From NCBI GenBank assembly GCA_951406725.2, contig OX597825.1, positions 59,954,001-60,018,000 on the forward strand: a stretch of 64,000 bases of DNA, in the 5' to 3' direction. Origin of the DNA: Octopus vulgaris. Taxonomy: Eukaryota. Of the stretch, positions 53,824 through 64,000 are shown piece after piece. The translations under genes and the position numbers were made by a program. The number at the start of each line of letters is the position of its first letter. The stretch's first letter is position 1. The notes under the pieces were generated by a model, which saw only the letters and a list, made by a program, of their open reading frames with translations, was not told the DNA's origin and ran no database searches.

Positions 53824-56800
53824 CATTATTAGCTTTATTATTAAGACGGCGAGTTGGAAGAATCATAAAGCACGCTGGGCAGAATGCTTAGCTGCATTTT
53901 GTTAGATTTTATGTTCTGAGTTCAAATTCTGCCGAGAGCTCTAATTTGCCATTCATTATTTCGTGATAAATGAAATATTAACAGTCGAGCATTGGTGACG
54001 ATGTAATTCAGTATATCTCTTCCCTAAAATTTCAGGACTAAAGAAGAAAGACTTATCATTATTAATGGCAGCATAACTAGCATGCGAGACCAAATAAACA
54101 GTAGCATTTCTCCTCTTAAATACTGCAGAATTATTATTGCTGTTTTAGTTTCAATGGATACAGCTCTGTTCAAACCTGCCCAGGTATTCTTACAGCTTGT
54201 TGTTTTAAAGAACACTATTTGTATTTTTGCTATACCATCTCATTAAAAAGCCAGCTTGCAATTCTTCTGTCTAGTTGGCTTCGTTAAGTTACAGCCCTTC
54301 GGGTTTGCATTTGTTTTTCCCTTTTTCAATTTTTCCAAACTGTATCCATTGTAAACAGATAATAAAAATCGCGTCAATTGTTAAATGAATAGAGTGGAAT
54401 GAAAATGAATATTAAACTAGCTGATGCGACAATGGTCTGCCATTGTTATCACTCACCACTATCGTCACTGCGACCACTGCAGCAATCTACCGAAATATTG
54501 CTTGCATAAACAACAAGAACAACAAGGCAATTGAAAGGAACAAAAGAAACAAAGACGAACATGAACACAACAACAATACAAAGGATGAGTATGAATATAT
54601 AAACAACAGTTTACACAGTCCGCTCAACATACCAGTAATGTCCACCTCTACCATCACAACCACAATGAAAGAAGACACAGTATGTCATTCCTTCATCGCT
54701 GATTTCGTTAAAGCTGCTCGCTGAGTACAAGAAGAAATTCAGTCTCAGCGGGCGAATTAATAAAGGCAAAAAGCATTCTTTAAAAAATATGGTCACAAAA
54801 TCAGATTGAATGTCCCTTAGTCCAGCTAAAGAAAAACAATTGAGAGATGCTACATACAACACCGTAGAAATAAAATCTAAGCAAAGATAGCAGATGACAT
54901 GGCAAGAAAGTTGGGTAGCAGGGAGGTTCACACGGAGAGAACCTCCCAAAAACAAGACACAAAAGCCATCTCCAACAACAACAGCACCAACACTACGGAT
55001 ACCGTCACCACTACCACCAACAGCTTGTCAACCATTATCATCATAACTACAACTAATAGCGACGAAATGTGTGCGATGGGTCTGAGTGGCGGAGACGCAA
55101 CATGCAAATAGATACACAATTCGATCTTTTGCTAACCTTATTGGCATTTTAGAAGCCTTTCACTCAACATTATAGGTTGTATATGTAGGATGCACTTCAC
55201 TAAATATCTCGACAGACTGCTGCGACTCTAAGTAAAGATGACGTAATGTTGCAGAAAGCCAATAATCGAACTGGAAATACAGAAAGCAATGATTGGCTGC
55301 TCAGGGATCAAATTGTCTGGTTTAATGGTCTGCTGTACGAGATTTACATTTCTGTGCTATATTTCTTTGATGCTTCTTGGAAGATATCTACCGCTACTAG
55401 CAGCAGAACGGAAGAAATCCCTGTCGTGTGAGTCTAGGAGTAGTAGAACTGCTAAGAAAGGTCTCAAACAACGCGGATAAACTTAAAAAAATTAGTTAAT
55501 AACTTTGCTAAACGTAGCGTTTTAAATTTTGGACAAGGTATTAGCGAAGAGACCGGTGATTGTAGTTGAAAATCTTGTTGGTGATGCACAAAAACGCACC
55601 ATCCCAAATAAATGCACGCAATAACCTCAGATCGTACAATGCATCATCTGGCATAGTTGGAACCCTAATCAGTTTACAGGTACTGAATGGAATTAAGCAG
55701 TTGTGGGCGTTAGATGCATCTTCTAAATTTCCTATAATTGAAAATTATTATCAGTATTCGTTGAGTGTAAATCATCTTGTAATATTTCTGGTGCAAATCA
55801 AGTGTGAGAGCTGACAGAGTGCTTATCACGTCGGAGAAATGCTCAGCGGCACTTCATTCATCTTCACGTTCTGAGTTCAGATTTCACCGAGATTGATTTT
55901 GAATATCATTCTTTCGGAGTCGATAAAATAATACCAGTTGATCACTGGGGTCGATCTAGTCGATGTGCCATCTCCCTCCAAATTGCTGGCCCTGAGCCAA
56001 AATTTGAAACTAATATCAGTTTTTTTAGTGGAGGCTGTAGTTAATCTGTATTAACTCGCTCGTATGAAGACATCGTCGTCAATTTCAAAGTGATTTTGTT
56101 GATGTTTTGTAGTCATAAATCAACATTACTTGATAACAAAAGCTATGACCGTTCAAATGTTTAGATGTGCACTGCAGGGCCTTAATTTCAGATAACGTGT
56201 CTTCTCCAAACATAATTTTTACTGACACGGGTTACAATATTCTATATATCAGTCTGAACGTGTTGACATTCTCCCTTCTCTCTTACTCCTGTCTTCATCA
56301 CTTTACTAACTCTCCCTCTCTCACTCTCTTCTCTTCTCCCCTCTCACCATTCTCTTTCTCTTCGTTTACCCTCCCCGGTCCTCAAGTTCCCCCTCCTTCC
56401 TCTTACTCGCTCTCTTCTTTCTCTCTCTGCTGTGTAGTCCTCGGCATTTCTATAATCGTTAGATTCTCGTGTTGGCCATAGCAGAGATATACAATACTTA
56501 AATCTTTCACTTGAACCTCTATAGAAAGGGGGACTAAATATCTTAAAATAGTTTACATTTCCCTTTAATATTAAACAGATCGTAAAACTAAAGTAAAGTT
56601 TCTCACCGGTTCATGTTTCTGTCATTATTGCTGTTGTCGTTTTTAACCCCACGTAAGCCGTAATGAGGCAGTTTAATGATCAAAGACATCATAGCTGTAA
56701 AATACCGTATTTTATCTACGTGGAACGAACTGCATACCGTTGCCTGAATAGATGCACGGTGTGCTACGCGTCACGTGTCGAAGTGCTCGCACAGCAACGT

Positions 56801-57480
56801 GAGAGGAAGTGTTTCGCTCAAGAACACAACGCGTCACTCGATCGAGGAATTGAAACCACGATGTCGCGATCATGAGTGCACACTCTAGACACTAGGCTCT
56901 CTCTCTCTCTATCTCTCTCTCTCTCACATGCTTTCTCACGCACTACATGCATATGATCCAGGTTGTTGTCTTTTGATAAACATTTGCTGTTATCTGAAGG
57001 AATGCAGTTACACATTTTAGCAGGCCGACCGACCAGATAGAGTTTCCTCTTACATTGGTGTTTTGATTCATGTTGTTGAGTCGGCAATGCGCAATGATGA
57101 TGATGTTGATCATAAAGGCAATAATTTTATCAAGAAGCTAACAATGGTGATGGCGGTAAAATATATTTTAAGCAACAAGAAGATAATTGACGTTAATATA
57201 AACATCAGTTTGGAATACTACTTCAGTTTGAGTAATTAGTGCTAATTAATGTTTAACACCATCTGGTATTGGTTAAATCATTAACCATTAAACCAATTAA
57301 TAGTTAAAAACAGTAAGTCAATATATACCAATCTTAATTCTATGTGTCTTAATTGTAAATCTAAATTTTTATTTATTTTTGTGTATTAATGTAAGCAGGA
57401 TGTATATGTGTGTCTGTGAGTCGTAGCTTCTATTGTTTGTGTCGCTGCTGCTATTGATTTGCTATTATCAGTATCGCCGG

Positions 57481-57680
57481 AGGTGACGAGTCGCAGAATA
57501 GTTAACACGCCGGGCAAAATACTTAGCGGCATTTCGTTCTACGTCTGTACGTTCTACGTTCAGATTCGCCGCAGTCGACTTTGTTTGTCATCTTTTCGGG
57601 GTCGATAAGATAAGTACCAGTGAAGCACCAGAGTTGATGTAATCGGCTAGACCCCTCCTTCCTGTGCTAATACTAGAATA
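57481..57680 (+). mobile_element. SINE family C
   Basis: Matches the consensus and lies tail-to-tail with the split minus-strand copy at 57685-58420. Confidence 0.8.
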
Positions 57681-57824
57681 CTGGCTCAAAATTTTGGCAC
57701 AAGGCCAGCATTGTCGGGGAAGGGGTAAGTCGATTATATCAACCGCAATGTTCAACTGGTATTTATTTACATTATTAACATCATTTACATTCGACGGATA
57801 TTTGTTCTCACCTTGGTTGTTGTT

Positions 57825-57870
57825 AACACAACGTTTCGGCTGATATATCCTCCAGCCTTCTTCAGGTGTC
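57825..57870 (-). ncRNA. Minimal type I hammerhead ribozyme motif (second copy on + at 58151-58193)
   Basis: gacac-CTGAAGA-a-ggctg(loop)cagcc-GAAA-cg-TT-gtgtt, with 5-bp stems I and II and a palindromic AACGTT stem III. Confidence 0.75.
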
Positions 57871-57931
57871 TTGGGGAAATTTCGAATCTAGGTTCTCATT
57901 CCTAATGTTAACCACTACGCCATATGCCCAA

Positions 57932-58004
57932 GGGTATATGGTGTAGTGGTTAAGAGTGCGGGCTGCTAACCCCAAGATTCCGAGTTCGATTCCAAGCAGT
58001 GCCC
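57932..58004 (+). other. tRNA-like head (73 nt; SINE-type Pol III promoter, probably not a functional tRNA)
   Basis: A-box TGGTGTAGTGG, anticodon arm GGG-CTGCTAA-CCC, B-box GAGTTCGATTCC and GGG(C/T)A..TGCCC acceptor-like stem. The T-stem is poor and the long variable arm expected for tRNA-Ser(GCT) is missing. Confidence 0.7.
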
Positions 58005-58040
58005 TGAACAATAACAATGATGATGATGATGATGATGATG

Positions 58041-58103
<63 letters not shown>

Positions 58104-58954
58104 CCGAGAAATACTTTAGGAATGAGAACCCAGGTTCGAAATTTCCCCAAGACACCTGAAGAAGGCTGGAGGGTATATCAGCCGAAAAGTTGTTAACAAC
58201 AAGCAAGATGAGGACAAATATCCGTTGAATGTAAATAATATAATTAATATAAATAATGTACATAATTCCTCATCTCTTAAATATAGAACTGCTATTTATT
58301 CTATCAACTCCTGAATGATGAAAGGTAAAGTCGATCTCGGCGGAATTTGAGCTCAGTGCATAGAGACGTACAAAATACCGGCAAGCATTTCACCTACCGT
58401 ATTAACGATTATGCCAGCTTTCAATCTTTCCTATAGTAGAAATATTTTGAAAACAGTGAGCTGGCAAAATCGTACGCCCGCCGGACAAATGCTTAACGAC
58501 ATTTCGTACAGCCGATCAACTTCCATCTCCCTTCAAAGGCTGCCGGACCTCTGTCTATAATTTTGAAACCATTGTTACTGCTGGCGTTGTTTTGTTACTG
58601 TTTCTATTACGGCTCGTCTTCCCAATGTTGCTGCAGCTGTTCCTCTTGTTGTTGCTGCTGTTATTATTATTGCCATGGTTGCCCGTTTAATTGTTGTTGC
58701 TTCTCTAATTGTTGTCATTCTTGTTGTTGATCAGTTGTTGAGTAAGTAGTAGTAGTTATAGTACTGGTAGTTGTCATAACCTAAACTTAGAACTAACCAT
58801 CCTTACTATTGCTTTAATAAGTTGTGATCTAAGGTACGTAAGCAGGCTTTTTTTGAGCAGTTCAAGTGCATTCATGTTGTTGTTGTGTCGTAGCTGTTTT
58901 AACGTTGCTGTTGTTACGATTGTAGCTTTTCTAATTCTTATAGCTTTAATTGAC

Positions 58955-59438
58955 ATTTCGGGGTCGATAAAACAAGTACCAGTACATTTTTATCATTTAG
59001 CCCCACCCCAAAATTTCATGCCTTGTACCTATAGTTAAGTTGGTGAGCTGGCAAAATCTTTAGTATGCTGAGCAAAATGCTTAGCGGCATGTTATCCATC
59101 ATTAAGTTCTAAGTTCAAATTGCGCCGAGTTCAAATGTGCCTTTCATTCTTTCGGGGCCAATAAAATAAGTTCAGCTCACTTCTTCTCCTGAACTTGCTG
59201 GTCTCGTGCCCAAATTTAAAAACATTATTGTTAAGGTGGTCAGCTGGTATAATTGTTTGTATGCCGGATAAAATACTTTGCGTCATTTCTTCCGACTTTC
59301 ACTTTCTGAGTTCAAATTTCGCCAAGATCGACTTTGCCTTTCATCCTCTCGGGAACGATAACAGAGTACTGGGGTCGAATGTAATCGATTTCCCCTTCTC
59401 TCAAATTTTCTGGCCCTGTGCCAAAATAAGAAAGCATT
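58955..59438 (+). mobile_element. SINE family C, three tandem units
   Basis: Successive cores at ~58960, ~59140 and ~59335. Confidence 0.78.
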
Positions 59439-59899
59439 GCTAATGTAGTTGAATTAACTGAAATATTTGATATCTCTCTGGCGTGCTCCATCTTCGTTGT
59501 TGTTATTATTGAAAACCAGTTGGACCGAAGATAAAAGACACTCCAAATATGACCATCCCATCTTCAGTTCAAAAACTGGCATCTAGTACCATTTCATCCT
59601 TTTTTTATTTTTCCTCCATTTTCTCGAGCTCGAGAATAATATTCGCTGCAACTTATTACAGGTCCGTACTCCACCTAAAGGCTGCTAATATTGTTGTTGC
59701 TGCTACTGCTGTTACACAAGACCTAATTTGACTTCTATTTTTTGTACTTTCTACATTAGCGAATCGAAGTACCAGTCATCTATTGTGGGCTTCATTAGAA
59801 TACCCCTTCTCTCACAATAACAGGTTTGTTGCTTAACTTTGAAATCAATATTTCCCATTCATTGCTTCCCTAATACACTACTGGCTTATTTTCATTATA

Positions 59900-59914
59900 T
59901 GCACCCTGTCTCTC

Positions 59915-59958
<44 letters not shown>

Positions 59959-60610
59959 CTCAGTCTCACTATCTCATCTTGTCTATCTCTACCTTTCCTC
60001 CTCTTAGCGAATAAATTTAACTCCATCGCATTTTCTCCCCCTTTTATTGCTGTCATTGCCTTCACTAGATTGCTTGCTCTCTGTCTCTCTCTTCTTCACA
60101 TACCCCCTCCTTCTGTCTTTCTTCTTCCATTTCCTTCCCTCTGTCTTTCTCAGTCTTCACGTCTCTTCCTTTTTCAGTTCCAGCCCATCTCTCTTTCTTT
60201 CACTTGCGTTTCTCTTTTTCTACCTCACTCACCTCCTCCTCATTCTTCCATCTAGTTTTCTTTTCCCACTGGCCTCAATTCCTCTCCTCGTAACTCTCAC
60301 TGCTTCTACCACTTTCATAATTTCCTATCAACTTTCTCTCTCTTCCCACCACTCAGGCTTTCTCCTCGAATCTCACCCTCCATATCTTCCTATTCACTTT
60401 CTCTTTCCTATTTCATTTCCCTCCACCCATCTTTCATCCTCTTTCGCTCCCCTATCTTTCACCATTTTTAGCTCCTTCTCCTCCTCTCACTCTCCCATTT
60501 CCGCTCTCCGTCACTCTCCCTCTTTCGCTCTTCCTTCATTTCCCTTCTTTCCCTCCTCCTTCTCTCTTCACTCCCCTTTTCCAGCCTTTCTCTTCTTGTA
60601 GTCTCTCCGC
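59900..60610. repeat. Long pyrimidine-rich low-complexity tract
   Basis: About 700 bp dominated by C/T and including (CT)n. Confidence 0.9.
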
Positions 60611-62100
60611 TATTTCTGTCATTTTTCTTAAATATTAATTTTCTAAAAATATCTAATTACTATACAACAGCGGACTGCGAAAAATATTGAAACAGTTTCG
60701 CCTGCCTAAGTGCAAAACCTGATAAATATTACAGTAAACATATTCTGAATATCTTTACCAAAATTTCCCATGTGGCACCAAAGGAATGAAACTGCACTCA
60801 GAGTACTGTGTAGAATTCGATAGATTAACGTAATAATTCGGTTAAATCTCTTGGCTTTCACTTCGCTTCTTTGTTGGCATCGATATGCCGCCACACTCCT
60901 CTGTTACATTTTGCTTACCAAACACACGCACATGCAACTATACGTACAAACATACGCGCTAGCGCGCACACACACATGCGCTCACACTCACACGTGCACA
61001 CACGCAGATAAATATGTACACACGCACAGCAATATGGAAGCACATACCATATATTTGGCATACGCATATAGAAAGGAACATACACGCCTTGTGCAGAACA
61101 AACGAGCATACTCAGATACATATGTACCTGACACGCACGCACTTATCAAGAATTGAGTGGATCTACGTCGGTTTCGACGATGATAAGTATTGCATTTGTT
61201 TGATCAAATAAGCTCCCACCATATTGCACTAGAGTGTAAATGGATGCGTATTTCACAAACACTTGCATATTTAAAGCAATTCGTAGGCAGAATTTGCTTG
61301 GCATGGATAGAAGAACAGTGTAGGCCCTTTTTGTGGTTTAGTGCACCTGATGTATTTGCTTATTTTCCATATGTTCAGTCTTACTCGAAACTCTGTGATT
61401 GAGGAGAGAGAAATAACAGCGGGAGAAAATAAGTTTAGAGGTGTACGAGGAGAGTAAAAAAAGTTTAGAAATGTGGGAGGAGAGTAAGAACGTGAGATAC
61501 ATAATGGAGGAAGAGAAAATAAAGGGGAGCGATAGAGATAGAGAGTTAATGTGAGAAGTGCGATACAAAAAGAGAGACGAGATTGTGAGACATGACTAAA
61601 ACAAGGAGAGGAGTGGAAAGGGAGAGAAGGATAGAGAGAAAGAGATAACAAGAATTAGAGCTGTATATTGAGAGAGAAGCCTTGAGAACAAGCATCAGAG
61701 AGAAGACTTTTTTCATTACTCAATCATAACTAGGCAGACACACATAAAACGAAAAATATATTCACATACACACGTATACACATAAGCACATATACTGATG
61801 TATAAAGACACCTGAACGTGCACCAACGCGCACACATGCACACATACAGAACAATTGATCTGCTATTCCTTAGCTTACAACGATATTTTCACAAATCTCT
61901 AAATTCAAATCTTTACACCATCTTATAAATGTGTTTCAGGGTTTCTGAATCCCTAACGCTTTTCATAACGAAATTGTAGAATTTGCCTAGATAGAAGAAA
62001 GAAAATGCAATTCTCATCAATAAACTTTCGATTTCGACTTCTCCCAGCTCCACACTATTCATCTGCATGTACGAGGATCGGCTACAATGACCTAATGTGG

Positions 62101-63106
62101 TTAATTTTCCTCGGTCTCTCTTACGTTCCACCGACCTCTGCTATCGGTGTCGCAGTGCTTGCCTCCCATTGGTGAAGAAGCTTTTTATCTTTTTGGCAAG
62201 AAAGCATATTAACTCTTGCAGATATGACATCATCATAACATTGATACTGCTCCCCAGCCATGAGCTTTTTAGTGTTGGGGAACAGATGGTTATCAGATGG
62301 AGTTAAACCAGAGAATAGGGACAGTCAAGCACATCAGCCACCGAAAGCAAAGACCTGTGTGATGAAGCATTGTCTTAATGAAACAAGACCCCTTTCCGCA
62401 ATTTTCCTGGGCGTTTGTTCTTGATAGAATTTCGTAACTGACTCAGCAAGTTAGCACTCTCCAGTGATAGCGTAGCCCTTTCGAAAATATTCAATAAACA
62501 CAATGCCTTTTGCATCCTAAAAAAAATGATGCTATCACCTTCACTGCAGATGAAACGATCTCGGCTCTGTTTGGAGAAAGTGAAGAAGGGTTTTCCCACT
62601 GCATGGATTGTCTCTTTGTCTCTGTCCCAAAGTGGTGAAACCAACACCAATCAAGTCTCAGGAAACATTGAAAGAAACCCACAGGATCTGCCTCAAACAA
62701 TGTCAGAATATCTCGTAATGTGATCAGCCTTGTGCATTTGTGATCAGATTCTATAAGACGTGGTGTCCACCAAACAGAGGTCTGATCTTCGTCATGCAAA
62801 GATCATAGTGCAGGATATGCTAAGAGAGTTGGCTATTTGATCTATAGTCAACCACAGGTGATTTATCACCATTTCGTGATACCGATCAATGTATTCCTCA
62901 GTGGAGGCAGTTACAGTACTTTCAGACATTTCGGGATCTTTAAGACTCTCCCGTTCCCTCCAAAATTCAGCTACTCAGTTTTGCATTATTGATAAAGTTG
63001 TATCGTCCAAAACTAATGTAGCAACCATGTCAGCATGTATGTCCATGGTGGCTAAATCCGTTTTTGTTTAAGTACTTGATAACACAACGATACAAATTTT
63101 GTCCAT
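62101..63106 (-). pseudogene. Mariner (DD34D) transposase pseudogene, near full length
   Basis: MDK..RCVIKYL..IHADMVATL, WWTPRL (WVPRL), WFHHFGTETKRQSMQW, SAVKVIASFF, KNKRPGKLRKGVLFH*DNA and PYS..LTPSDNHLFP across frameshifts. TA-CGAGG TIR at 62070, with a degenerate opposite TIR near 63298. Confidence 0.92.
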
Positions 63107-64000
63107 TTTCAAGACAATTTACTTTTAAAGTCTTCATTGAACATTCAGATATCAGATTAGTGGAAAGAAACAACACAGTTATTAATAAGAAGGTTTGGAA
63201 CTAACGCATGCAATTTTTTTGCAGCTCTAGCATATCTTCATAGATACTAGATTTATACATACAAGCAATGAAGCTCATAAAAGTTCAATCGACCTACTAA
63301 AACTGGTAGCTAGATAACTCTCAATAAACATTCTGTTGTCTCGGGAGACGAAACGCTATCTTACATAACATAATCCTTTATACACATCTATAAAGACGAG
63401 ATGGCCAGGGCTGGAAATATTTGTTTGGAGATCTTGAATAGCAACAATAACAACAGCATTCCTTATAGTTATACATGCTAGAAAACTTTGTGCTGTTGTA
63501 TGAGCATTCTGTCGTTTTTATCATTGGGTAGCCCAGGACATCTCAGGTCTCGCAGAACCACCTACATAGCTGCCTTCACTGCCTGATGAGACACCAACTC
63601 CTGAATTCAAAGACGAAATACAACAACACTCTCAGCACAGAAACGTTCACCCTAAATGCTCAGAATACGCACGCATTACTATTTACTATTCATGAATTCC
63701 TACGCTGATTTCAAAGAAGAATATTTCATATTGTTGCGAAATATTTGATAGGTTTTTACATCAGTAATATTCTTTTGTACATGTGATCGTCGAATTTCAA
63801 TGAATTCATTTTTCATATTATCTTCCAAAAAATATTTACATTCTTTATGTTTTGATACATGAGTAAACATATACCAAGTAGCGGCGAATGTGTGACAAAA
63901 TATAAAGACAAGATTACAATGAATAAAATATCTGATTTTAGCATTGTCATTTAAAAGAGATTAACCGAATATTTTTATTCATATAATAATGGAAGTTACT

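Larger units (their letters stand above)
57768..58292 (+). mobile_element. tRNA-headed, hammerhead-containing element with PLE-type inverted structure, inserted into a family C SINE
   Basis: Inverted arms at 57768-57905 and ~58116-58260, with TATTTATT duplicated at 57760-67 and 58293-300. The host SINE continues on both sides. Confidence 0.75.

Noticed and set aside
57932-58004. tRNA-Ser(GCT) gene
   Set aside because: There is no long variable arm, the T-stem is weak and the sequence is embedded in a mobile unit, so I treat it as a SINE head.
63583-63625. CTGATGA...GAAA as a hammerhead
   Set aside because: Stems I and II do not pair.

Overview
AT-rich, repeat-saturated eukaryotic (animal) genomic DNA. 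The SINE families and the very high microsatellite load point to an octopus or other coleoid cephalopod (inference). I found no intact protein-coding gene, and nearly all ORFs in the track are translations of (TA)n, (CATA)n, (AAT)n, (GAA)n, (CA)n or (GA)n repeats. The window holds three tRNA-headed SINE families and a ~520-bp non-coding element inserted in (AAT)n arrays. It also holds decayed R4/Dong-like, L1/Tx1-like and Gypsy retroelement fragments, Tc1, mariner, DD37D-like, piggyBac-like and pogo-like transposase relics, a non-autonomous Helitron, a hAT MITE and a 602-bp tandem duplication. Several Penelope-like (PLE) repeats carry minimal hammerhead ribozyme motifs. The most interesting locus is 57768-58292: a tRNA-headed (Pol III) element with a hammerhead-bearing tail, integrated as a PLE-style inverted repeat with a 32-nt one-sided tail and an 8-bp TSD, i.e. 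a candidate Penelope-mobilised ribozyme SINE. A few isolated exon-like segments are flagged at low confidence. Coordinates of decayed elements are approximate.
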